Origin: Candidatus Hecatella orcuttiae
GTDB taxonomy: Archaea > Thermoproteota > Bathyarchaeia > Hecatellales > Hecatellaceae
Length of the DNA stretch: 64,000 bases
Direction of reading: 5' to 3'
Assembly: GCA_002011035.2 (NCBI GenBank)
Contig: MTLY02000003.1
Coordinates: forward strand, 160,001 to 224,000
Below are positions 10,155-19,867 of the stretch, one piece after another. The notes under the pieces are model-generated. The model saw only the letters and a program-made list of their open reading frames with translations. It had not been told where the DNA came from and did no database searches. The position numbers and the translations under genes were made by a program. Positions within the stretch are counted from its first letter, which is position 1; the number at the start of each line of letters is the position of its first letter.

Positions 10155-10439
10155 ATGGTTAACATCAGAAGGCTGGTCATCGATTCCCTCATGCCTAGGG
10201 ACAGCTCCATCATAGACCTTTCCCAGGCCATCTGCCGGGTTGAAGGGGTTGAGGAGGTTGACATATCCGTCATGGAGGTGGATGTAAAAACCGAGACCAT
10301 CAAGCTCACCATCCGAGGGGCGAACATCAACTACGATGAACTCTGCAAAGTAATGAACGACCACGGCACGGCCATAAGAAGCATCGACGAGATAAACGTG
10401 GCTAGGAAAAAAATATCAACCCCCTCCCAGCCTACCTGA
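10155..10439 (+). CDS. DUF211 family protein
   Basis: IRRLVID..P, EVDVKTE and AIRSIDE motifs; ATG at 10155 follows GGAGGT. Confidence 0.8.
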   Translation: MVNIRRLVIDSLMPRDSSIIDLSQAICRVEGVEEVDISVMEVDVKTETIKLTIRGANINYDELCKVMNDHGTAIRSIDEINVARKKISTPSQPT

Positions 10440-10537
10440 GGCTGAGGAAAGCCCGGGACAGCTGCGAAGACGCTTTTCCCTTGAAAGCGTTGCTTAGGGT
10501 TCAGAAAAGCGTCCGGCCGGATGGAAACACTGCCGAT

Positions 10538-11725
10538 TTATTCTACGTGGACACGGTAGAGGTCCATGTCCTCTCCCAGCAGGGAGAGAAATTCTCTGGC
10601 AGACCTTTTAGGGTCTTTAGACTGAGTTATGTATCTTCCTACCACGATGATGTCAGCGCCAGCTTGGACGGCTTGGTGTACGTTTGAAGGGCGGATACCC
10701 CCGGCTACGCCCACCAAGAGCTTCTTTTTCCCCTTAGGGGCTTCTTTGATTTCCGCTATCTGGTCCCACCGGGTTTTTTCCCCTCTCCCCACGTCTATGC
10801 TTTCATGGAGGATGACCACGTCCGGAGGTTCTTTCAGAGCTTTAATTTTCTCCACGGGGTGAGGAACATTCATCATATCGATAAAGGAGTAGATCCCCAG
10901 CCTAGCGGCTTCGTAGATGAAAAGGTTCAGGGTTTCATTGCTGGCAAGGCCTGAGGCCACCACTCCGTCGGCGGTTTCGTCGAAGGCTAGGTTAACCTCC
11001 ACCTGCCCCACGTCCAAGGTTTTAAAGTCGGCTACGACGAAGGTTTCCTTGGCAATTTCCTTGATGGCTCGAATAACCTTGGCACCGTACCTTTTGATCA
11101 AAGGTGTGCCCGCCTCCAAGATAAGCCGGTCGCTGAGGGGAAGTTCCGCCAAGATGGTCTTAGTCCTTTCAAGGTCGGGTATGTCTAAGGCCACCTGCAG
11201 ATAGGGGGGCATCCACAGCCTCGGAACCCTGAAGCCCATGATGGGATGCTTGGCTCTGTCCTTGTCGTACATGATCTTCTCCAAAGGCGGGTAGCCGGCG
11301 AGGGCTCTTTTCAAAGCCAGTTTGGTCGCCCCATAATTGTAATGGTATATTTTCCTCAAGTCTTGAGCCTCAGGGTGGACGAAGACGCTGCACAGTATAA
11401 CCCAGTCTTCCACCTTCTCCGCTGGGATGACGCCTTCTTCCACAGCGTCGGCTACAGCCTTAGCCACAGCCGCCTGAGCTGGGCCGAATACTTTTTCCAC
11501 CTGAGTGGACTCTTCGATGGTGACCTTGGGGACGATGAGAGTGAAGGGTTTAGGGGGAAGATTAGGCCTTATGACGGCTAGGAGAGGCGTGTGCCCCGCG
11601 GAAACGTTGGTTAACCCCGCGGCGAAGGCCTGCCCCACTGGGCTTTCCTTGTCTCCGATGATGAGGTCTATGTGGGCTACCTCAGCGCCTTCTCCCACCA
11701 AGGCTTCTCCTATAAAATAATCCAA
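10538..11725 (-). CDS. fae-hps: bifunctional formaldehyde-activating enzyme / 3-hexulose-6-phosphate synthase
   Basis: N-terminal Fae domain (GEALVGEGAEVAHIDL, GPAQAAVAKAV); C-terminal HPS domain (LQVALD, EAGTPLIK, DFKTLD, VAGGI). Confidence 0.93.
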   Translation of the reverse strand: MDYFIGEALVGEGAEVAHIDLIIGDKESPVGQAFAAGLTNVSAGHTPLLAVIRPNLPPKPFTLIVPKVTIEESTQVEKVFGPAQAAVAKAVADAVEEGVIPAEKVEDWVILCSVFVHPEAQDLRKIYHYNYGATKLALKRALAGYPPLEKIMYDKDRAKHPIMGFRVPRLWMPPYLQVALDIPDLERTKTILAELPLSDRLILEAGTPLIKRYGAKVIRAIKEIAKETFVVADFKTLDVGQVEVNLAFDETADGVVASGLASNETLNLFIYEAARLGIYSFIDMMNVPHPVEKIKALKEPPDVVILHESIDVGRGEKTRWDQIAEIKEAPKGKKKLLVGVAGGIRPSNVHQAVQAGADIIVVGRYITQSKDPKRSAREFLSLLGEDMDLYRVHVE

Positions 11726-11840
11726 ACCACGGGCACCTCTTCGAGTGAGAGAATAATATTAGGTCCAAACCTATAAATACCTCTAGCTTTTAAAGGGCCT
11801 TGGAATCTGGATGACGGCGGGGGCGTAGGCTTCGGGAGGC

Positions 11841-12506
11841 ATTGACCTCGGGGTAAGAGTCTACGAGCTTCGATCCCCCAAGGAGGGGCCCACAAGGCTT
11901 TTCCTAGGCGGTTTACACGGCCGGGAGGGGAAGACCGCTAAGCCCATTTTGATGAGGGTGGCGGCGGACGGTGTTCCCTCCAGTGGAAGGACGATAATCA
12001 TCCCCACTCTCTCCATGGGTAAAAAATACCTCAGTACTCTTCAGGAGAGCTACTATGAAACCGAGGAAGGTGCTAAGGTTCTGTCACTAATTCGGGAGTA
12101 TAATCCCTCCATCTACGTGGAGCTTCACTGTTATCGACACTCGGCTTTCTCATCCCTGACCAGTTTGGAGAGACTCAGCAAGACGGGAGTGCCGCCCATG
12201 GTCGAACTGGAAGAGAAGATGCTTCTCGGAAGCGTGTCTCCACACCTGCTTTCTAGATTTAAATTCGAATTTTCCTTGGTATTGGAGGTTCCTTGCCGAG
12301 CTTCCCTCAAGACGAAGATGAAAGCCCTCCGACTGTTGAATTTCATAAAAAACTCCGAAAATTGGAGAGCGGTTTTAGAAAAATTCAAAACGGAGTACCC
12401 TCATCAACTGGAGAAAGCTTCGAGGCTTCTTCGAGGCTGGCTTCCCGAAGGCGTAGGCGCGCGGGGCCCGCCAACTAAAAGTAACTCGGAGAACGCTTTT
12501 ATCTAG
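11841..12506 (+). CDS. DUF2119 family protein (carboxypeptidase-like fold); start uncertain
   Basis: The frame is open upstream of the tracked start at 11949 and encodes PTRLFLGGLHGREGK; YLSTL...YYET and YVELHCY follow. Confidence 0.7.
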   Translation: MDLGVRVYELRSPKEGPTRLFLGGLHGREGKTAKPILMRVAADGVPSSGRTIIIPTLSMGKKYLSTLQESYYETEEGAKVLSLIREYNPSIYVELHCYRHSAFSSLTSLERLSKTGVPPMVELEEKMLLGSVSPHLLSRFKFEFSLVLEVPCRASLKTKMKALRLLNFIKNSENWRAVLEKFKTEYPHQLEKASRLLRGWLPEGVGARGPPTKSNSENAFI

Positions 12507-12529
12507 AGGCTGAAAGGGCTGATTGTAGG

Positions 12530-13843
12530 TTGGTCTCCCTAACCTTCTACGGCGGCGTCGGCGAAATAGGCGGCAACAAGATTCTCATAGAAAGCGGAGA
12601 GGACAGAATTCTCCTCGACTTCGGCATGTCCTTCGCTCTCAGGAGAAAATTTTACTACACTTTCCTATGTCCCAAAACAGAGAAAAGCCTGCTGGAGTTC
12701 GGTTTGCTGCCGAGGCTGAAAGGCGTCTACAGGTTCGATAGGTCTGAGCCCAGCTTGAACGGGGTTTTCCTCTCCCACTCCCACCTAGACCATGCCGGTT
12801 ATGTTTCTTTTCTGAAGAGGGAGATCCCTATCTTCTGCGGGGAAACCACGGCCACCATTCTCAAGGCTTTAATGGAGCTGAGGGGAAGAGACCTCGAATT
12901 CGACCTAGAAGGTTTAGAGTTCAAGACGTTCAGAACCGGGAAGAAAATTCGGCTTGGCAGCTTGGAAATAGAGCCGATTCACGTGGACCACTCTGTTCCA
13001 GGCGCCTACGGACTCATAGTTCACACGGAGGAGGGTTCCGTCGTCTACACTGGAGACTTCCGACTTCATGGCTCCCGGCCGGAGATGACGGAAGAGTTCC
13101 TCCGCAAGGCAGGGGAAGCAGACCCTCAGGCAGTCATCGTAGAGGGGACAAACGTGGTGGGGGCTGAGATGTCTTCGGAGGCGGAGGTTTCAGCGAAGCT
13201 GGAGAAACTCGTCCAGAAAACCTCAGGTCTAGTGTTAGCGGACTTCGCAGTAGGGGATCTTGACAGACTCAGGTCCTTCCACGGAGTGGCTGAAAAAACC
13301 GGGAGGCAGCTGGCTGTCACCCTAAAACAGGCTCATCTCCTCAGGAGGCTCGGCGGAGACCCGCACCTGAAGGTCCCCTGCTTGGAGGACGGCTGTTTGC
13401 TGGTTTTCAAAAGGAGCAAAAAACGGTATGCCCCTTGGGAGCAGGCTTTGATGGAGCTGGACAACGTCGTTGACCCGGCGGGAGTCGCTGCGAATCAGGG
13501 AAAGATTATCCTCTCCACCTCCTTCTACAGCCTCGGCGAGCTTTTGGAGATAAACCCCAAAGCCGGAAGCTGCTATGTGCTCTCCTCCTCGGAGCCTGTC
13601 ACAGAGGAGGGGGAAATCGAATTCGACAGGCTGGTTAACTGGCTGGACCACTACGGTCTACCTCAATACCACATCCACGTCTCAGGACACGCCCTGCCCC
13701 ACCAGCTGAAGGAGGCGGTGGAGGCCATGGGAGCCAAAAAGGTTTTTCCCATCCACTGCGAACACCCGAAACTCTTTCGGAGGTTTCTGGGAACCAAGGT
13801 TAACGTCAAATTGGTGGAGAAAAATAGGGTTTATTCCATTTAG
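12530..13843 (+). CDS. beta-CASP metallo-beta-lactamase (RNase J / aCPSF2-like)
   Basis: GGVGEIGGN, HSHLDH, DHS, YTGDFRLHG, HVSGH and PIH motifs. Confidence 0.8.
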   Translation: MVSLTFYGGVGEIGGNKILIESGEDRILLDFGMSFALRRKFYYTFLCPKTEKSLLEFGLLPRLKGVYRFDRSEPSLNGVFLSHSHLDHAGYVSFLKREIPIFCGETTATILKALMELRGRDLEFDLEGLEFKTFRTGKKIRLGSLEIEPIHVDHSVPGAYGLIVHTEEGSVVYTGDFRLHGSRPEMTEEFLRKAGEADPQAVIVEGTNVVGAEMSSEAEVSAKLEKLVQKTSGLVLADFAVGDLDRLRSFHGVAEKTGRQLAVTLKQAHLLRRLGGDPHLKVPCLEDGCLLVFKRSKKRYAPWEQALMELDNVVDPAGVAANQGKIILSTSFYSLGELLEINPKAGSCYVLSSSEPVTEEGEIEFDRLVNWLDHYGLPQYHIHVSGHALPHQLKEAVEAMGAKKVFPIHCEHPKLFRRFLGTKVNVKLVEKNRVYSI

Positions 13844-14820
13844 GCTAGCCCGGCTTTCTTCAGCAAAGCGCCACGTCTGCTTACCCGTGAGTAGTAGACG
13901 AGTCCTCCGGTTTCCTCCTCTAGGAAAACTTGAGCCTCCTCTTTCAACCTCTCCGCCTGAGGCTTTCCTCGGATGAAGCCGTAGACAGCCGGCCCGAAGG
14001 AACTCATTCCCGCACCCAAAGCTCCTTTTTCCAGCATGAAATCGATAATCTGCCGGACGATCGGAGCTTGAAGCTGGTGCTCGATCTTCTTGAAGCCTAT
14101 CCCCTGAATTTCGGTGAGGGCTGCTCCGAAGCTGGAGGCGTCGCCCTCCACCAGCGACGGCCAAAGCTTCATCAGGATAATCCGGGCCAGCTTGTCCACT
14201 TCCCGGGATGGGAGGGGGCAGTAAGTCTTGAAGACTTCAACCTCCTGACGCCCATGCTGGCCTCTTGAGACATCAGGAACAGCGACCACGAAAAACCAGT
14301 CTGGAGGCGGATGGACCCTAGCCAAGATGGGAGGCGGGGGCGCCTTGGAAACCCGGGAAGGAAGAAACTCTCGCTTTTGAGCTTCAGCTCCGAAACTGTG
14401 ACCGCCGTCTAGGATAATGCCTCCGGCTTGAAAGGCAGCGACCCCTATGCCGGAGGTTCCCCCTCTTCCCATGAGAGCGGCCAGCTCTGTTACGCTGAGC
14501 TTCAACTCCAAGTACTCCGCCAAAGCTTTCCCCACAGCCAAGGCCAGCTGGGTGGCAGAACCTAAGCCCACATGTTGGGGAATAGAGCTCAAAACTCTGA
14601 TGGAAACTGGAGGTTTTTGATGGAGGTGCTGAACGAACTTTTCAGCGAACCTCCGGCATAGGCCTTGGGCCTCCAGTCTCCGGGAAGGTTCAACCTCAAT
14701 TTCCCAACCGGGGGTCTCCAGGGCTGCGCCTACCCCCCCGTCCACTCTGCCCAGCTCTCCGTTGAGGTCGATGAGGGTGAAATGGAGGCGGGAAGGCGTG
14801 GTAACGGTTATCTTAATCAT
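13840..14820 (-). CDS. mptG: beta-ribofuranosylaminobenzene 5'-phosphate synthase
   Basis: TPSRLHFTLIDLNG, PQHVGLGS, GRGGTSGIG, DGGH and GMSSFGP motifs (GHMP-like RFAP synthase). Confidence 0.9.
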   Translation of the reverse strand: MIKITVTTPSRLHFTLIDLNGELGRVDGGVGAALETPGWEIEVEPSRRLEAQGLCRRFAEKFVQHLHQKPPVSIRVLSSIPQHVGLGSATQLALAVGKALAEYLELKLSVTELAALMGRGGTSGIGVAAFQAGGIILDGGHSFGAEAQKREFLPSRVSKAPPPPILARVHPPPDWFFVVAVPDVSRGQHGRQEVEVFKTYCPLPSREVDKLARIILMKLWPSLVEGDASSFGAALTEIQGIGFKKIEHQLQAPIVRQIIDFMLEKGALGAGMSSFGPAVYGFIRGKPQAERLKEEAQVFLEEETGGLVYYSRVSRRGALLKKAGLA

Positions 14821-14848
14821 TCCATCATCTCCTAACCCGGGGGTGGCT

Positions 14849-16231
14849 TTACCCTCGCTTTTTTCTTTCCTTGATCATCCGGGTGAAGTAGTCCCGTTTA
14901 TCCTTCGCCCTCCTGCAAGCTTCAGCCACCTGGGTTTTGAGCTTTTCCTTGTCTGTCTGAGCCTCTTCCCCCACAACTCTTTTGACTTCGGTGTAAGGTG
15001 ATTCCCTGAATTTGGGCTTCAACTCCTTCAACTCCCCTCCGTAAGAAATCTGAGCCTCCAACGGCCCGTCGACCACCCTTCCCACTTCACCGATTTTTAT
15101 GCCTAACCCTGTCACCGCGGCCTTCAAGTGTTCCGCATGGTCTTTGGGGGCGAAGATAAGAAGGGAATCTAGGGAGACCCCTAGAGGGTCGATGGAGAGA
15201 CTTCTCATCATCCGGAGAACCGCGGGGTTTACCAATTCTTCAAAAGCCTGTCCATCCACCACCATTCCGACCCCAGCCTCCCTGCAGATAGTGTTGGCGT
15301 CCCCCCGTATGCCCCCGTTGGTCACATCGGTCATGGCGTGAATCTGGGAGACGAGGCCTGAATCAAGGAGGAAACGGCATACCTCCAAAAAGTTGATGTT
15401 AAGGGTCTCGAGGAGGACGGGGAAGTTGCCCGAGTAGATGGCCGCTGTAGCCACTGTTCCCCCTCCCGCGCCCTCTGTCATGAGGACGATGTCCCCCGGC
15501 CTGATGTTCCGCTTAGCCGTCAGAGCTTTGGGGCTCTCCGCCAAGCCCACGGCTCCAACACAGCTTACCATACGGTCTCCCAGGACCATGTCTCCTCCAA
15601 CCCTCAAGGTGCTACCGGAAACAAGGGGAACCCCCGTCAACCCCGACACCGTGCTTACACCGGCCACGAAGTCGAAAAGCTTCCCCACATCTCCATCGTC
15701 GGCTAGATGCAGGTCGTCGAAGAGTGCCACAGGTCTGGCTCCTTTAACGTAGACGTCGCGGAGGCAGGCGCGAGTGACATGGAAGCCGGCGATGAAGGGG
15801 AAGCTGCTGAGCCTGGAGTGGGTTCCGTCCACGGCCACCGTGACCACGACCTTCTCTTGCTCCCTATAGACGGCTCCCGCATCATCCAAGGAAAGAGGCC
15901 CTAGAAGAGGAGTCAGACCCTCCACTGTGGCCAGCTGGGCGATGAGGGAGTGAACGTAGAGGTCACCCTCTCCCCGGGAGCCGACGCCCATCTCCCCCAT
16001 TTTCACCCCAGCCTGCGGGTATTCTAGCAGCCGTCGGAGGGCCTTGTGCTTGGGCTTCCGGCGGCTTCTCTCAACCTCTGCCAGAACTGCCTCCGCCAGT
16101 CTTCCTGCCTCCTCCAAGGAAGTCTCTTTGTAGGTTTTAATTTCCTCCACCAGTCTTGCTTTTATGAGGCTGGGAGTTGTTTTTCTGTCCAGTAAAAGGT
16201 TGACCAAACCTTCCAAGTCTGTCAAATTCAT
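14849..16231 (-). CDS. AIR-synthase-related (PurM/HypE/SelD-like) protein
   Basis: MGEMGVGSRGEGD, DGTHSRLS, HLADDGD and MTDVTNGGIRGD motifs of the conserved archaeal AIR-synthase-like family. Confidence 0.85.
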   Translation of the reverse strand: MNLTDLEGLVNLLLDRKTTPSLIKARLVEEIKTYKETSLEEAGRLAEAVLAEVERSRRKPKHKALRRLLEYPQAGVKMGEMGVGSRGEGDLYVHSLIAQLATVEGLTPLLGPLSLDDAGAVYREQEKVVVTVAVDGTHSRLSSFPFIAGFHVTRACLRDVYVKGARPVALFDDLHLADDGDVGKLFDFVAGVSTVSGLTGVPLVSGSTLRVGGDMVLGDRMVSCVGAVGLAESPKALTAKRNIRPGDIVLMTEGAGGGTVATAAIYSGNFPVLLETLNINFLEVCRFLLDSGLVSQIHAMTDVTNGGIRGDANTICREAGVGMVVDGQAFEELVNPAVLRMMRSLSIDPLGVSLDSLLIFAPKDHAEHLKAAVTGLGIKIGEVGRVVDGPLEAQISYGGELKELKPKFRESPYTEVKRVVGEEAQTDKEKLKTQVAEACRRAKDKRDYFTRMIKERKKRG

Positions 16232-16374
16232 CCTCTCTAGACCGGGGCCGTTTTTCCGGCTTTCTTAACCAAGATCGTAGGCTTCCCAAATATGCTTAGC
16301 CCCAGGGCCGGAGGAGGCAGACACAGTTATATAATTCGGGGAGACCCCGCTTTTCAAGCGGAGAAGTCCCTGCT

Positions 16375-17052
16375 TTGTCCATCCTCAGCCTTGAAAACCG
16401 CCAGCTGGACGGAGAATACCGGCTTCATGTAAAAGCTAAGCAGCGAAGCTACGTCGAACAGAAGTATTTTGAACTCTACATCCTCAACGGAGAAAACCAG
16501 CAAGCGGAGCCCCCGCTTTTCAGAGGCATACACAGCTCAGGCCGGGCTTCCCTCTGGGTCAAAGGCTGGGTGGACGGGGAGTACTTTGAACAGGTAGCGT
16601 TCCCCCACGGGGCTAAACTCCACTTGACCGAATCAGGCTTGGACGTGAGGCTTTTCAAGCTCTTAGGCAGCTTGATTCCTCTTGGAGGAAGCCTGATGGT
16701 GGCCTACGAAATGTTCTGGGGAAAAAGCCAAGTCCACCGGGAGACAAGCCTGGCTTTAAAGCAGGGAATACCACCCCTTCTAACTCCTCTGGGATACCTC
16801 CTCTTCCAAGCTGACTGCTGGATAGGTATCAAGGACTGGTACTGGCCTGAAGGAGGCATGGAAGGACCCCCAAAGCTTCAAGGCTTCAAAGCGCCCGACG
16901 AAAAAACCGAGCGGAAGAAAACTTTGGACACGATCAAGATGTTGGAGAATTTCCTTCGCAGGCAGCCTGAGAGTATCTCTGAAACAGAATCGGCCGCTCG
17001 CAGATTGGCTGAAAAAATCCTCAGCCGGCTTTTAAAGAGGCAAAAGAAATAA
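16375..17052 (+). CDS. DUF1122 family protein
   Basis: GGSLMVAY, T..AL..GIPP..TPLG and KDWYWPEGGMEGPPKLQG motifs. Confidence 0.8.
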   Translation: MSILSLENRQLDGEYRLHVKAKQRSYVEQKYFELYILNGENQQAEPPLFRGIHSSGRASLWVKGWVDGEYFEQVAFPHGAKLHLTESGLDVRLFKLLGSLIPLGGSLMVAYEMFWGKSQVHRETSLALKQGIPPLLTPLGYLLFQADCWIGIKDWYWPEGGMEGPPKLQGFKAPDEKTERKKTLDTIKMLENFLRRQPESISETESAARRLAEKILSRLLKRQKK

Positions 17053-17184
17053 CAGCGATCCTCCGCTCTGCGGGGACACGTAGGCTTACCAGTCTTGTCT
17101 TCTAAAGACTAAATAACCGGTTAGCCAATGCCGCGTTTTTCCTACCTATCAAATAAAGCTACTGTAGAAAATCGATGAAAGATT

Positions 17185-17274
17185 TGGAGCCCCGGGAGGG
17201 ATTCGAACCCTCGACCTTCCGCTGTCCCTCCTCCGCTACGAGGCGGACGCTCTGACCGGCTGAGCTATCGGGGC
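17185..17274 (-). tRNA. tRNA-Thr(CGT) with 13-nt intron (17224-17236) at 37/38; CCA encoded
   Basis: Reverse complement: GCCCCGA TA GCTC..GAGC G TCCGC CT CGT A [GCGGAGGAGGGAC] A GCGGA AGGTC GAGGG TTCGAAT CCCTC CCGGGGC T CCA; U73 discriminator. Confidence 0.9.
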
Positions 17275-17424
17275 GCAGAATTTTCATTCACAGTTACATT
17301 TTTTAACTTTGCTGAATATAGCAAATTCGCTTGAAAGAAGGAATCCTCTTCTTTTCTCAAGACTGTTACAGGAAGCAGTTTAGAAAGTCCTTTAGCCTAA
17401 GGCCGTCGAGTTCAAATTTCCTAC

Positions 17425-18138
17425 ATGAAGAGAAACAAGGTGAGGGGAGAAACTTTGAGCTGCAGCGGAGAGGCCTTAAAAAACCTAATCCGAAATTACG
17501 GGAAAACCTACGCGGAAGAACTAGGCATCAACCTCAAGGCAGCTGAGGAATCCGAGGTTTTCAAGTGGTTTCTGGCGTCCGTTCTCTTCGGAGCGCCTAT
17601 AGCTGAAACCTCCGCCAAGAAGACTTTTCGACAATTTGAGCGAAGCCATCTGACTGCTCCGGAAAAGATCCTGAAAGCAGGATGGAACAGGCTTGTCGCC
17701 CTCCTAGATGAGGGAGGCTACACCCGGTATGATTTCAAAACTGCTACCAAACTGCTGGAAGCAGCGGAAAACTTGAAGAAGAATTATGGAGGAAGCCTCA
17801 ACCGCCTCCATGATAAGGCGGCTGACTCACGGGACTTGGCCGTTAAACTGCAAGGGCTGGCCAAAGGCATAGGCCCCACCACCGTCAACATCTTCCTCAG
17901 AGAGATGATGTCCTTATGGAAGAAAGCCTATGCCCCCCTCCAACCCGCCGAGATTGCGGCTGCGCAGGCGTTGGGCTTAACTCGCTTGGAGGGCAAGGGC
18001 GAAGAGGAAAAAAGGGCTATTCTCGAAGATTTGGTGAAGGCTTGGAGGCAGCTAGGGGGGAAGATGGAGGACATACCATCCTTGAGGGCGGCCTTGTTCA
18101 GGTTCGGTAAGGCTGTCCTTAAAGGGAAAGGGAAGTAA
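17425..18138 (+). CDS. HhH-GPD-superfamily-like hypothetical protein
   Basis: FKWFLASVLFG, LDEGGYTRYD and the HhH motif LAKGIGPTTVNIFLRE. Confidence 0.65.
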   Translation: MKRNKVRGETLSCSGEALKNLIRNYGKTYAEELGINLKAAEESEVFKWFLASVLFGAPIAETSAKKTFRQFERSHLTAPEKILKAGWNRLVALLDEGGYTRYDFKTATKLLEAAENLKKNYGGSLNRLHDKAADSRDLAVKLQGLAKGIGPTTVNIFLREMMSLWKKAYAPLQPAEIAAAQALGLTRLEGKGEEEKRAILEDLVKAWRQLGGKMEDIPSLRAALFRFGKAVLKGKGK

Positions 18139-18252
18139 CCGCCAAGACTACGCCTGTGTCTTCTGGAGAAGTCTTATAAGGAAGTTAGGTTTTCTAGGGG
18201 TATCCTCCTGAATGTTAAGCTTTGGAAAGCAAGCAACTTCGGGGAAGAGCTT

Positions 18253-18492
18253 TTGAGCGAGGTTAAAACCTTAAGGATCAAAGGCGAAGTTAAACTGGGC
18301 TTCAGGCTTGTTCCCTTCGTAAAGGAGGTCAGGGCTCTAAGCCGGGAGGAGGCCTTGGAAAAGGTTTACAACGAAATTGGGGGTAGAAACAAGTTGAAGA
18401 GAAAACAGCTTAAGATCCTAGCCGTAGAAGAGATCAAGCCGGAGGAGATTAAAGACCCTCAACTTCGAGCCCTCGCAGGAATGGGAGAATAA
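18253..18492 (+). CDS. rpl18a: 50S ribosomal protein L18Ae/LX (eL20)
   Basis: F.KEVRA...ALEKVY..IG motif; precedes pfdA and ftsY as is conserved in archaea. Confidence 0.9.
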   Translation: MSEVKTLRIKGEVKLGFRLVPFVKEVRALSREEALEKVYNEIGGRNKLKRKQLKILAVEEIKPEEIKDPQLRALAGMGE

Positions 18493-18933
18493 ATGGCAGC
18501 CGAGGAAAAACCTGAAGAAATAGAGAGAAAACTCCGGGACATGGTAGTGGAACTTCGGATACTGGAAGGAAACGCCCAAGAACTGCAGTCAAGGCTGGGA
18601 ACGGTGGAGATGGCTCTCCGCGAGTACAACATGGCGGAGACAACGGTTAAAGGACTGGAACAAATGGAGGCTGACAACGAAATCTTGGTTCCCGTGGGCG
18701 GAGGCACTTTCATCAAGGCTAAGATTGCCGACACCGATAAGCTCATGGTAAGCATCGGAGCCGAAGTTACCACCGAAAAGACCGCTAAGGAAGCGGTAGC
18801 TCTCTTGGAAACCAGACAGGCAGAATTGAACAGCATTAGGAACTCGCTTCAAAAACAGTTCACTCAGCTTCTGAACAGGATGCAGGTGCTGCGGGGTGAA
18901 ATCCAGAGGATAACAGGCTCCCTCAGAACGTGA
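18493..18933 (+). CDS. pfdA: prefoldin subunit alpha
   Basis: Coiled coils flanking ILVPVGGGTF...VSIGA beta-hairpins. Confidence 0.93.
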   Translation: MAAEEKPEEIERKLRDMVVELRILEGNAQELQSRLGTVEMALREYNMAETTVKGLEQMEADNEILVPVGGGTFIKAKIADTDKLMVSIGAEVTTEKTAKEAVALLETRQAELNSIRNSLQKQFTQLLNRMQVLRGEIQRITGSLRT

Positions 18934-18937
18934 AAAC

Positions 18938-19852
18938 GTGATGTTTGAAAAGCTGAGGAAAGCCTTCCACACCTTTGCCGATAGAATCTCCACCCAAGAG
19001 CTGACAGGCGGAAAGCTTCAAAGTCTACTGGAAGAATTCAAAATCATGCTCCTCGAAAATGATGTGGCCCTGAGCGTGGCGGAAAAAGTGGTGGAAGACC
19101 TCCGGGCGAAAGTGGAAGGTCTTAGAGTTGGGCGGCTTGGAGACAAACGCGGGCCGGTTCTGGAAGCCTTGAGAGGCGTTCTCTGTGAAGTCCTTACCGG
19201 CTGCGGAAGCCTAGACCTCCTAAAGCTGGCTGAGGAAAGGAGAAAGGAGAGCAGACCCCTCACCCTCGTCTTCGTGGGTATCAACGGAACAGGGAAGACG
19301 ACAACCATAGCCAAGATGGCGAAGTTTTTCTTGGACCGAGGCTTCTCCACGGTTCTAGCCTGCAGCGACACTTTCAGAGCCGGCGCCATCGAGCAACTGG
19401 AAGAGCATGCCAGACGTTTGGGAATCAAGATGGTTAAGCATGCTTACGGCTCAGACCCTGCCTCCGTAGCCTTTGACGCTGTAGCGCACGCCCAAGCTCG
19501 GGGCATCAACGTGGTCCTTGTGGATACAGCGGGCAGGATGGAGACTGACCGGAACCTGATGGAGGAAATGCGGAAGATCGTCAGGGCAGCGGAGGCGGAC
19601 GCTGTTCTCTTCGTAGGCGACGCTTTAACCGGGAACGACGCGGTGGCGCAAGCTCAAGAGTTTAACAGGTACGTTCAAGTCGACGGCTCCATTTTGACGA
19701 AGATGGACGCTGACGCCAAAGGGGGAGCCGTGGTTTCCATAGCCTATGTGACAGGGAAGCCCATCGTCTTCATGGGCGTTGGGCAAGCCTACGGTGACCT
19801 TAAGCCCTTCCACGTCGAAGAGTTCATAAGCCAGCTGCTGGGGGACCATTAG
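18938..19852 (+). CDS. ftsY: SRP receptor FtsY
   Basis: GINGTGKTTT, DTFRAGA, DTAGR and TKMDADAKGG motifs. Confidence 0.97.
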   Translation: MMFEKLRKAFHTFADRISTQELTGGKLQSLLEEFKIMLLENDVALSVAEKVVEDLRAKVEGLRVGRLGDKRGPVLEALRGVLCEVLTGCGSLDLLKLAEERRKESRPLTLVFVGINGTGKTTTIAKMAKFFLDRGFSTVLACSDTFRAGAIEQLEEHARRLGIKMVKHAYGSDPASVAFDAVAHAQARGINVVLVDTAGRMETDRNLMEEMRKIVRAAEADAVLFVGDALTGNDAVAQAQEFNRYVQVDGSILTKMDADAKGGAVVSIAYVTGKPIVFMGVGQAYGDLKPFHVEEFISQLLGDH

Positions 19853-19867
19853 GTTGAGGTTTGGGGG

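Noticed and set aside
11811-11828. Pyrrolysine read-through or a BHB intron at TAG 11826
   Set aside because: No pyl genes in the window, and the best BHB-like fold leaves the TAG in the exon.
16375-18138. Integrated element at tRNA-Thr
   Set aside because: No integrase and no duplicated tRNA 3' end (att site) seen.
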